A stretch of 31,838 nucleotides of DNA from positions 8,008,721 to 8,040,558 of the forward strand of contig MU058423.1 of assembly GCA_013265495.1 (NCBI GenBank). Reading direction: 5' to 3'. This document shows positions 1 through 11,525 of the stretch, in pieces. Each line of letters opens with the position of its first letter. The stretch's first letter is position 1. The translations under genes and the position numbers were made by a program. The notes under the pieces are model-generated. The model saw only the letters and a program-made list of their open reading frames with translations. It searched no databases and had not been told where the DNA came from. This stretch comes from Vicugna vicugna (lineage: Eukaryota).

Positions 1-2578
1 CGCTGTAAAGGACCAAAGGTGTAATATAAGGCATTTAAGTCCTTTGAAGTAGGTAGCATGCCCTTCTTCTCACATTTCTCAGTTCTGAGAACATAGTGGT
101 GGCTAAATGCACACTTCTGATTGATTTCAAAGGTCCGAATCTGTTGTATATTTTTCTTTTTTAATTACATCCTTAATTTTTCTATAGAACGTAAGACTAC
201 TTTGGTATTTTTCACAAAACAAGCTCTTAACCCAAATGTCACTAGCACAATACAGTAGTTGTTACCCAAGCTATTTTCATTCTGCGTTTTTTTTCCTCAC
301 AACATAGTATAATACCACCTAGAACTGAGGTGAGTGTAGAGTCTAAGACATTATGAGAACTTGAAAAAAAAATCAATGGACTTCTCTGAATATGAAGAGT
401 AAAATAAGCCTGAAAAATAGCTTCCTCAGACGCTGAGAAAATAGTTCCGAAAAGTCACAGTATATTTTTCAAGAAGAAGAAAACAGGGGGAAAAAAAAAA
501 CAGCAGGTTTAGCATAAAGATGGAAACGGATTGCCAAAGGCTATTTATTTTAAAGATACAGAACATTATGAAATAGTCAACAAAATACGAATGTAAACTG
601 TCTGAGTTTCACTCTGAAACACGCCAATAAAATCTTGGTTGACTGCACATTATTTTCTATCATCCAGATGTGAGAATGTGGAAAATATAGAATAAAATTT
701 TTTTTCAACGTAGAAATCTTTCATGTTGATCTAGACTCTGACTTCCCGGAAGCATCAGAAATCTTTCTTGCCTCGTGTTTACCTCTGTGCTTACTAGTTC
801 TACATTAGCCAGAGAACATAAATAATTACTCATTGTTAAGAACGCAACATTTGTGTCATTATGCAGTAGAAAATATAGGTTCTTAAAAAAAATTCCAAAA
901 ATGTAAGCATGCTAATAAAATAACCTTCTGTTTCAAACACTTATTTTACTGTAACCTCTGATTTCCAGGAATATGGCTCATTTGAATGAGGATAAAATGA
1001 CATACCAACGTATTATGTTCGGGGTTTTTTTTGTTTGTTTTTACCAACCTCTCATGCCTATTTTGACCGTGTTGATTAATACAATGAACGGAAAGCCCGG
1101 GACGTGTATTGCTTTATCCAGGATTCAAAAGTGTATCCCTGGTCTCCCGGAGCACAGTGGATTAAAAAGGCAAAATGCTGCCTCATCAGCACTTAAACCC
1201 TCAACAAAATACATTTAAAATCCTCTAGAGAAGTGGTGTTAGGCAAATTCCAGGTATGATTAGCATTAAAGTTAGCAGCGTAGGAAGATTTTAAAGATCA
1301 GTCTTTTATCAAATCTTTTCCCATAAATAGAAGGGGCTTTACTTGGCTCACTGAAGACAACCAAGCTAAAGAGAAGTTTTCTTTAGGTAAAGACAACAGG
1401 AGCCACAGCTTGCTTCAGCATGTTTTAAAGACTTTCTTTTCCTTTCCATCAAATAACCCCTCAAGTGTCATATTCTTGTTAGTTTCCCAAGCAAAAGCAA
1501 GAAATTCTCTATTAAAAATTTTATAGCTGTGTAAACCAAGTCCCAAAGCACAATAAAAAATACAGCAAAAGGAACAATAAGTTTTCGTACTGTTACTCTA
1601 TAAAATAAGTTTATTTCAGGTTATTTACAGGCTTTCTTTAAAATAAAAAATGATTTGTGACCAGAATTGATCCAAATTATGCTTCCAGTCTTTCTCTGTT
1701 CAAGCTATAACACTACTTCATGGGTTGCCGTCAACAGAAAATTTATAGTTATTCTTCTAAAACCTAAAATTTAATTAGATTTTAAGGACTTTTTGCTTCT
1801 AACCAGAGCTACAGATTTTTTTCCTAATAAAAGTATGAATTTATTGCATTTTAAATTTCCTCAGAATATCCCTGATGGAAGTTGTCATGTGTGAAGACCT
1901 AACTCCTCAAAGTTAGCCTCCCAGGGACCAAGTGAAGGAAGCACACTTATTTCTGCCAGCTCCTTCTGTATACTGGCCTTTGTCAAAAACCAGTTGAACC
2001 AAGTAACATAATTCCTTAATTAAAGAACACCATAAATTGCAAAAAAAAGTACCACTTGCTTAAAAACGTTTTGGGTAATTTATACACAATAGAAGGCACA
2101 CAATTTCAAAAATGTTAAAACATCTGTATCAAAGCCAAGAAGATTTCAGTTCCCAGAGTCTCTAGCAAAAAATAAAGCGCCTACAATACTACTTTGAACG
2201 TGGTAAACCTGTTGATACCTGACTGATCTTCAAGTATAGACAATTCAAAGTATAGAAAACATAGAAAAACTAGGAATATGGTCAAGTGCTGGTTTTCTGA
2301 AAATATTACCAAAACAACTTTTGGTAAGACAAAAAAGAGTTTATTTGTACCATAGTAAGGGAGGACAAAATGGGTATTTATGAAGGATTAGATTCTGGTT
2401 TAACGTGGGTCTTTCAATTTATAGTCTTGGTTAGGATTGGGGAAGAATCATGATAATGCTAGTCTAGTACTGATGGACATCAAATGAGGTGAGGATTTTC
2501 AGGCAAGTTCAAATACTCTAGGAGTAAACGGCCATTAGAAGCTAGCTACCGAAATTAAAATTTCAGGGTCCTTTGTCG

Positions 2579-2730
2579 AGTTTTATTGCAACGCAGACAT
2601 GCTCGTTTGCTTACATATGTCTTCTGTACTCTAAGGGCAAAGCTGAGTAGTTGCAACAGAGACCACATGGCATGAAGTGCTTAAAATATTTGCTATCTGG
2701 CCCTTTACAGAAAGAGTTTGCTGACTCCTG
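2579..2730 (+). mobile_element. MER58A-like hAT-Charlie MITE (5'-truncated)
   Basis: gctgagtagttgcaacagagacc...aaaatatttgctatctggccctttacagaaagagtttgctgactcctg matches the recalled MER58A 3' half and TIR. Confidence 0.85.
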
Positions 2731-2732
2731 CT

Positions 2733-3050
2733 GTGATAAATACTGTCGATGTTCTTCCCAGATTCCCTTTCCATGTGCACCCCTCCTGGCTTCTGTGTGC
2801 TTTACTTCTAACTGCCTTCTTGTGACTCTTTTTGGAGGACTGCCCTGGAGCTATTGGAATGACTTGGCTTGCAGACGTGTGGGCTGGAAATACCAGGGAG
2901 GTTACATGTCCCCCATCCTATTTATGACCTTCAGCCAGTGACTGACTTGTATGGGATTGTGAAAGCAGCTCCCTTGCCTCAAGCTGGAGTAAATGCTGAG
3001 GGGTAATTTATACTCCACGGATATTTTTATACTCCAGAGTCCTTTCTATT
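2733..3050. mobile_element. ERVL LTR fragment (LTR16-like)
   Basis: cagccagtgactgac...cagctcccttgcctcaag...gaggggtaatttatactcca motifs typical of the LTR16 family. Confidence 0.65.
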
Positions 3051-3344
3051 GGGGAACTTTCTGCCTGCAACTTCAGTATTCCGCAGTGTTGTGGAGATGG
3101 CATGACTGAGTTTTCTCCAATGTCACCATCTTCCTTCTTTCCAAAAGAAAAAAAAAAAAAAAAACCCAAAAATTGTAAGAAGGTAAATGCTAAATTGGGT
3201 ACAACCTGAAAAAATGATTCCATTGCTTAGGAAACAGGATGTTGCACAATAAGGCCCCTCTTCTTAGTGCAGTTGCTCATAATTGGCCGGTTAACCATTC
3301 AATGGCCACACTGGGGTGATAAAGAGATAAGTTTCATTTCTGCA

Positions 3345-3560
3345 GTTTGATTCACTCAGCAGTTTTTGACTTCCATTATATACCAAGCCCTGTGCTAACT
3401 GCTGAGAACACATGAATGTAAGATGACCCAGGCCTCGAAAATTTCACATTTTTATGGGGTACTTATAGTTTCCCATGCTGCTAGAGCAGGGATTTTATTA
3501 TTTTTCAAATTTTCTGAGTGCCAGTTACAGTGATGTGCTGAATAAATACTTGTTAAATGT
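3345..3560. mobile_element. Two short L2 3'-end fragments in opposite orientation
   Basis: ttcactcagc...ataccaagccctgtgctaactgctgagaacaca, and gtgctgaataaatacttgttaaatg. Confidence 0.55.
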
Positions 3561-3689
3561 AATTATACCTCATTCTCAAGAATGGAAACCTATCCAGCCA
3601 GGGCAGCAGCTTAATGCCATACATAATTCCTAGTAAAGGGATTAGTGACACAAAACCTAGCATGATCTAATGTCACCAGGAATGGGCTC

Positions 3690-3858
3690 CAGGCTGAGCT
3701 CCTAAAGTCCAGATTCCTTGTTCCCACTCTATTAGCAATTCCCTAGGTGACCCTGGACAATCCATTTCATTCTCTAAGCTTCAGTTTCTTCAATTATAAA
3801 ATAAAGAGGCCAGACTAGATTATCCATAAGGTTCATTCCAGCTCTGAAATTCTGATTC
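3690..3858 (+). mobile_element. MIR3-like SINE
   Basis: gtgaccctggacaatccatttcattctctaagcttcagtttcttc...gactagattatccataaggttcattccagctctgaaattctg. Confidence 0.8.
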
Positions 3859-4624
3859 CTCTGAACTCTCCAATTACTTAGCAATGCCTGAATTCTCATG
3901 AACTAATAGACTTATTTCAGGACTCAATCCAATTATATTACAAGAAGTGAACTACGAGATTTTAAAATGTGATAAACCTTCTTTCTGAGGCAGAACCTAC
4001 ATGTCCCTTGATTCTGTCTATAGTCTCAGGCATCAAAATAATACTTCCCCAAAATAGCATTCATAGCTTTCAGTCTTTTATAAAAAGGGGTTTGCAATGA
4101 GTTCCAAAAAATATTTTGTACTTATTTTCTGACTCACATTTCTAGACAGAATCAAGTTCCAATCAATGCCACCTTTTTTTTCTAACTTAGCAAATTGCCT
4201 TATTTCATCATTTTGAGTTATTTTTCAGTTTTTAAAATTTTTAACACACTCAAGCTCATTATGTTTTTTCTAATCACTCCACCTCTTTCTTAGGTCCTCA
4301 GACCACAGGAAGAGTCTTAAGATTTGTAGGAAATTAAATCAAAAGTAGCTGCTGTTCCAAAAATGAATATAAAACCTCGATATTAAAAACAAGTCTAATT
4401 TTTCTCATTTGTTCACTCAGATACAACTGTAGATATGTAGTTGAATATTCACTTTGTTCCAGTTTTTTTATCAGAAACAATTTTTATGTGATTCTAAAAA
4501 AAGCATGATAGGAATTTTATATTCTTGATGTCTCCCTTCCTTTTCCTTATCTCTGAAATGGTACCCCACACCCCATGCCTTTCTTCAATGGAAAGAATTT
4601 TCTCACCATTAGTATTGATTCTTG

Positions 4625-4830
4625 TATCATTTATCTATTGTTTCAAAATGTATTGAACACCTAGTACTCAGCCTGATGCTAGACACTGAGAATACAAAGG
4701 AAGAAGAGAGGGAAGATTTCCCAGAAAAGTTGTTAATTGCATTCTGAAGAATGAGTGAAGGTCTATAAAAGAGGATGGAGGCTTGAAGATGAGAAAACAC
4801 AGTACATTCAAGAGTCTGCAAGTGCCCAGG
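4625..4830 (-). mobile_element. L2 3'-end fragment
   Basis: tcatttatct...aaatgtattgaacaccta...tgctagacactgagaatacaaag. Confidence 0.6.
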
Positions 4831-6199
4831 ACAGCTGAGGCACAACGTCCTCTATAAAACATAGTAAGATTAATCAAATATCAGTAGAATGTGTGGGATT
4901 TACCTATGTAATTATCACTGTTTTTTTCTTCCAAAGTTGGCCCTATTACAGGGCTATTTATTTAGGTCTGATGAAAGAAAATAAATTAAAAAATTTTTTT
5001 CACCATCATTCATTTCTATTTTTATCTTTCTTCACAGACTTTAATTTATTACCTAACTCCATCATTCAGCTCTCCTATCTCCTTGGACCCTATATCAGTT
5101 GTCACTGGGTGAGTAGGGACCAATTGCAAAGCAGGCCCAAGGTCAATTCTACATTAAAATTCTAGCATTCAGCATTTGTGGATTTAGGAAGACTAAAAGC
5201 TAAGCCAAAGAGATGAAAAATTGGCTTCGAACCCAAATCCAAATCTCACAATCAGCAGTATATATTGTGCAGTCCTAGGTATAGAAATTCCTTAAGACTA
5301 TCTTTAGAAGAAAATATATGATTTCTAAAAAAATAATGATTTTACACACTCTGTAAAGTGAAAAAAAGTAAACAGCACATTCGATACAAGCAAAAGTGAG
5401 GGAAAATTGCTTTTGAAAGAGCAGATTGCCTGGTTTATTCCCACCTCCGCCCCTAAGAGCTCCCTAATAAGACAAAAATAAACATAAATGTAAGTAATCA
5501 TCCCTCCACGGACGCTGACATCCTGAATGGCGTTACAGATACGTTTGCCTGTACCCTCACATGCACTTATGCACAGGCACACCCCCCAGGTCCCTGCTCT
5601 TCTGCAGGTGATCAAAGCCCATGAAATGGAATCAGATTCAAGGACCAGACAGACCTGTCTAGGATAGGTGATCACTGGCAGTCAAACTAAATTACCTCTC
5701 TACTACAATTACCTCTCACCCGAATGCAGAGGAAGGTGGCACCGGCCATCATTCTCACACCTTTCCATCATATACGCTCAGTCCAACCATGCCTGTATTC
5801 CCTCTGTTCATATTCATCATTTCACTACCTAGTCACGTGAATCAGAAAACAACTGTAGGCAAAGTGAATGCAGCTTAATCGGATCTAGACTTCAGTGAAG
5901 TACCTCCTGGTCTAGTTCCTTCTCCTTTCGCTCAGCTCTGAATGTGACCTTTTTCAGCTAGCAGAGAATTTTTAACCTCTCATTGGCATCACTTTGGTCA
6001 TTTGCAGTTTATTTATCCAGTACAAGTAGATCTTCGCACGCCAAATCATTCCCTTACATGCCGACACAACGTTTCACAAGCCAAAAACAAAAGATGGACG
6101 TTCTTGTACTGGTGGCAGAAAGGTTTTCTGAGGGGGGAGTCTAGAAAAGATCAGAGGGGTAAAAAAAGGATTCTTCTATTTATTAACAATGTCATGCAT

Positions 6200-6350
6200 C
6201 GAAAGAAAGCAATCAGTTAACTATGTATTTGACAGATAAACACCAAAATATTAAGGTGACTAACTCATGGTAATAGGATTACAGATTATTTTTTATCATC
6301 TTTTTGCTTTAACTTAAACATAAACAGTTATTATACTATTAATCAGAAAA
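6200..6350 (+). mobile_element. Old L1 (L1M) 3'-end remnant
   Basis: acaccaaaatattaaggtgact...ggattacagattattttttat resembles L1ME/MC termini. Confidence 0.45.
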
Positions 6351-6449
6351 ATGTCAGAATACAGTTTCAAAAACTCAGTATCAAAAAGAGGCAGCAATGC
6401 ATAGCAAAACAAAGCAAAGCAAAGAAGCGATTTTCACTGGCTCAACCAA

Positions 6450-6518
6450 ACCCAAATTTTAGCTTTACCCATTATGTGATCATCAGATTATTTAGCTTCT
6501 CTGAGCCTCAATTAATTT
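6450..6518 (+). mobile_element. MIR, 5' portion (interrupted by the retrocopy)
   Basis: tgtgatcatcagattatttagcttctctgagcctcaatt resembles the MIR core tgtgaccttgggcaagttacttaacctctctgtgcctcagttt. Confidence 0.65.
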
Positions 6519-6548
6519 TTTTTCTGAGATTTGTGAATATGGGTGATT

Positions 6549-6554
6549 TTTATT
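6549..6554 (-). terminator. Polyadenylation signal AATAAA of the retrocopied transcript
   Basis: TTTATT on plus, ~25 nt from the T8 tract that abuts the TSD. Confidence 0.8.
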
Positions 6555-6924
6555 TTTTCTATATGTTTGTCTTTATTTTCCAAGTTTTTTATATCGATGA
6601 ACAATTTCTATATGATGAGAAGAACTGGGGGGAAAAATACCAACCCAGTTACTTATCTTTGGCTTGTGAAACTATGGACAATTTTAATTACCTTTTTAAA
6701 GTGTTCTATAACTGACATACAGATTTCAGTTAGGGCCAAAGTTACTTTAAAAAAGAAATAGGAATTCTAAAATCTAGTTTTTTTAGTTGTTTGTTTGTAA
6801 GTTCCACAATGACAAATGTAGTAACACCTCACGACTATTCAGCACTTTTTAATTTTACTTTTAATAGCACTCTATTTAGAATTACATTGGATTAGCAACA
6901 ATATTTTTGCTAGGTAGGCCAGGT

Positions 6925-7036
6925 CTGATTATCTTCATTTAACAGGTGATGAAACTGAGGATCAGAGAAACTAAGTGATTAGCCCAAAGTCACAAAAATC
7001 TGGCAGAGCTGGACTTCAATCCAGGTCTCCAGAGCC
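6925..7036 (-). mobile_element. MIR carried inside the 3' part of the retrocopy
   Basis: gaaactgaggatcagagaaactaagtgattagcccaaagtcaca...ctggcagagctggacttcaatccaggtct is the MIR core. Confidence 0.85.
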
Positions 7037-7399
7037 CAAGTCCAGTGCTCTTTCCATTCATTCAAGACTGACTGTGGTATAACCCAGAGAGGGTTATAAT
7101 CACCAAGAGGTAAAAACACAGAGATAGTAACCCTTCCTTACCTATGAAGGTCAAGTTCCTGAATGACCCCCACCCAAGTAGAAGAGTTCAGCTGAGGGAA
7201 TTATTATTTTAGGAGGTAAAAAAGGGGCAGAGAAACTGAGGTCACAAAAGAACCTTTGAAAGTCCTCATAAATATTTGTGCAGTAAAACAAAACAGTAAT
7301 GGTACATTACATAAAACAATAATGAGAGTTGACATAGCTAAAATCAGTAAAAGTGACAGGCTCTATATAGTTTCCATTTACATCTTGAGATGACTTCCA

Positions 7400-9607
7400 G
7401 AGATGATGAGAATGTACCACTTATTATGCCAATGGAAAATGGGGGTGACAGGGAAGCAATGAAGAGAAGTGGACTGTTAGCTCAAATCATGGATCTTCTT
7501 GCTCTCAGAGTCTTAATCTAAGTCCAATTCTGAGATTATAACAACTTACTTGGGGCTTTAGCCCTATCAAGCAAGCGAATTTGAGTGGCATGACTTAATG
7601 ACTTTGGCTCCTCTGAAGATGCTTTCTGTCTTCTCAAGTCTGTTCTGAAGACACCTTAGCACTCCTGTATCGAGCTCAAATTAAATCATGCAAATCTGTC
7701 TGAAGGCAGCTTATCTGCTGCCTGGCACATATTCAAATGGCACTACTCAATGATTTAGGCTCTTCTGAGGTTGCTGTCTTCTGAACATGGTGATGTGAAA
7801 AGACTCTTTGCACCTCTTTATAGAGTTCAATTAAATCATTCAAGCTTTGTCTGAAAGCAGCTTAGCTCTCCAGCAATGGTATTTAATGGCACTACCCAAT
7901 TTAAGTTCTGCTGAAGATGGCCTCTCTCCAATGTGATTTGTTTTGAAGGCATCATAGCACCTCTTTATGGAATTCTGCTAAATAACTCAAGCTTTGAACA
8001 GGTACGATTTGACACGTAATGGTACTGAATTTCTTCATTACTTTCTTGGGGAGGTTTTAATCTCGTTCTAGAAGATCTTCTGCAGTTGCTTATAACTGTA
8101 TTCATCTCCAGTGTCACAGCTTCCTAATTATCTTCATCATCACTTATGATAATCACCTCTGGGGTCCCAGGAGTTTCCTGACAGTCATCCTCTAGCACAT
8201 CACATCACTGGAATCAGCATCAGCAGGTTCTGATTCAACTTCAGCCAGTGATTGCTCCTGAGCCAAATGTTCATCCTCAACCATAGGTGGTTCTTGATCC
8301 AAAGAGTCTATCTTCAGGAAAAGTCACTGACAGATATTTCACCCTCTCCAGCCAAATCTCCAAGGTCACATTAACAAAAGGCTCTGTTAAGATATCTAAT
8401 GCCTCTTTCATTAAGAATACAGCATTAGTGACAGTGTAGGAATCCCATGCACTAAGATCTTCAGGCAGAGGAATCTTTGTGAGATTCTGAAGAACAACGT
8501 TATACATTAGTTTGGCTGAAGTCTTCTTGAATGGCCAGTTTAAACACTGATCTAAGGGCTCAAGAATCCAAAACGTGCAGCTGGTTATAAAGACAATCTT
8601 AACATTAAGCCTAACATTTGCCCACTGGCAAATGCATCTGAGGCACCAAACGGACAGTGAAGAATCAGAAGGACTTTGAATTCAAGATATTTTGAAGCAG
8701 TCCCGAATTTCCACAAGAAAGCACTCTTCAAACCCTTCCTTAAGGAGAGAAGGAGTCTTTCTGTTTGCACGCCAGCATACTGGAAACTCAGCTCAGTTTT
8801 TTCCTTGGAGAAGATTTTGGGCATAATTTTCTGCAGAGCAGTATTGGTTTCACTATGAGGTCACCTAGAGTATTGGCAAAAAACCAGAAATGTCAGCCTC
8901 TCTGTTTTGGCTGACCTCACGTCAGCATCAGTTGGTTCTTGCTCTTCTAAGAGGCAAGTAGGATTGTTCAAGGCTTTCAAAGCATGGTGGTCTCAACAGC
9001 ATCTAAGATTAGTGTAGAAATATGGTCCTTCTCTTCAGTCATTTTCTGCAGTTGTGGCAGATACAACACAGGAGTTGCAGGATCTAGTGGCTCCTTCTTT
9101 GATACCACTGTCACATAAGACTTGGTCTCCAAGTCATGGTGCACCATAAATTTCTCAAACCATCCCTTGCTCCTGGCAAAATTTTCTTTGGAACCCACTT
9201 TGGTGTCTGAAAACATGTCTTTGAAAATTCTGTGATCACATGTCCCTTGCATGGAAAGTGTTTTCTTATTTCCTTTGCTTGTCTTCAGTCCAGAGGTTTA
9301 ACATCATTTCCATCTTTTCCATCCTTGGGTCATGAGGGATAAAGCATCTCTAAGGTGACGCAGGTGTACAAGAGGTGATACTGGCCCTAATAAGAGTTTC
9401 AGCTTTCCTTATGGTACAAACTCACTAATACCATATAAGTAACCTACAAAGCTATTTGTTTTACCTTGAAGAAGCAGATTAAAACTGCCCCTTTTCTCTT
9501 CCAAAGACAACACCCTTCTTGCCCTTTTGGCAACTTTCTCTGGTGCCAGAGTCCTTGTTCTTGGTTTCACTCTCTTCCACTGCAACGGTCACGTTTATAG
9601 AAGCCAT
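7400..9607 (-). pseudogene. Decayed Tigger/pogo-family (CENP-B/TIGD-like) transposase-derived ORF
   Basis: Collinear motifs across frameshifts: KRARRVLSLEEK..LLLQGKTNSFVGYLYGISE/CTIRKAE (N-terminal HTH); DPRMEKMEMMLNLWTED and FARSKGWFEKF (CENP-B HTH); ILDAVETTML; KTERLTFL/FANTLGDLIVKPIL; KVLLILHC; ILEPLDQC; AWDSYTVTNAVFLMKEAL (DDE_1-like region). Many stops and indels. The 3' end is approximate. Confidence 0.88.
7585..7998. repeat. Three diverged tandem ~150-bp units in the C-terminal part of the Tigger-like ORF
   Basis: tggca anchors at 7586, 7738 and 7887 (spacing 152 and 149). Shared blocks ctctgaagat/ttctgaggtt/gctgaagat, gcacctcttta and aatcattcaagctttg. Confidence 0.85.
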
Positions 9608-10237
9608 GTTTAAGTTTTATGCTTATTCATGCAACCTGACAATTACTTACTAGAGATTTTATATTCCCCCAGTGTTAGAGTGTCAGCATGTGATATTTAA
9701 GGACCAAATGGTATTATGCACAACACAAGGATAAATGATAATATAGTGTTGTGATACTCAGTGCAAAAAGGGCTGGTTGTGTAGGGGACGACTGGCAGAA
9801 AAACAGGAGAGGAAACAAATGAGTCAGAAGTTTCTTTCCACCTTGCGATATAGTCAGAGAGACAACAGCGTGGCACTTGGACTGACTCCCGTATACTCAA
9901 TTCAAAATTTTCATGGTTGTCAAAAGTGTATACAGAAGTAAGTTCACCTACACTCAAATTTCTAATAAGGACAACTTACAGTTAGAAAAGGATGACTATA
10001 AATTCTCCTTTAAGTTATGAGAATAAAAGTCACTATTTATATACTTAAGATGGTACTGTTGCTATGATTTCCCCTGGCTTAATGCTATGAATTCAATTTT
10101 ATGAGAAAAGCAAATATAGCATAAGTGTATCTTCTGAAAGCCCACAGTAAGTCAATCAAACATGACTCTCTGACAAAATGCAACCTCTGAAGATGCAGAT
10201 GAAAAAGGTCAGGCAGGCCCTGAACATCCAACGCTCA

Positions 10238-10990
<753 letters not shown>

Positions 10991-11100
10991 GCCTCAATTT
11001 ATTTAAAAACCAGCAAGATCATTTCTAACTCACAGGGTTGTAATGAAGATGCAATAAAACAAATGCATACACATTTTAAAGAATTTTCATTATTATCATC
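10991..11100 (+). mobile_element. MIR, 3' portion (continuation after the retrocopy)
   Basis: tttctaactcacagggttgtaatgaagatgcaataa resembles MIR tacctacctcatagggttgttgtgaggattaaatga. Confidence 0.65.
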
Positions 11101-11309
11101 AAGATGGATCTTTGCCTTCTCCAAGTTAAAAGGCTGTTCTAAGTTCACGGTGGTGCTGTCATCTTATCCATCAATTCATGGAGGCACCTGTGATTTATAG
11201 CCTGGGCACTCATTCCAGACATTGAAGAACTTAACAAATAATGAGAATAACCTTGTATGCATTTCATACAGTGTTCTTTGCATCTGTAATAATGGTTTCT
11301 ATTAGTAAC

Positions 11310-11525
11310 AACAGTGACAATAATTATAATGAGGAATTCCTGTGGTCTTATTCTATGTCAGTTTCTACCTTAATCACTTTCTCTGCACTATCTCGCGTTA
11401 TCTTCACAGAGACCTAATGGGGTAAATACTATCATTAGAGGTTAGTAATCTGCTCAGGATCACGGAGCCAATAGCTGGCAGATCTGGGTCTCTAGTCACA
11501 AGTTTGTATTCTATTAAACTCTACA
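11310..11525 (-). mobile_element. MIR
   Basis: atcttcacagagacctaatggggtaaatactatcattagaggttagtaatctgctcaggatcacggagcc. Confidence 0.7.

Noticed and set aside
5590..5672. Possible small plus-strand exon (ctcttctgcag|gtgatc...gatag|gtgatc)
   Set aside because: Weak donor, no recognisable peptide and no partner exons.
7585..7998. CRISPR-like or satellite array
   Set aside because: Eukaryotic context. The units are diverged whole-unit duplications without a repeat-spacer structure.
9605..9640. Possible acceptor (ttgtcag|G, 9637-9636) giving an in-frame PAK3-Tigger fusion
   Set aside because: Splicing from the phase-1 donor hits a stop after 8 codons, the pyrimidine tract is poor, and the copy itself is unspliced here. 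An ancestral fusion cannot be excluded.
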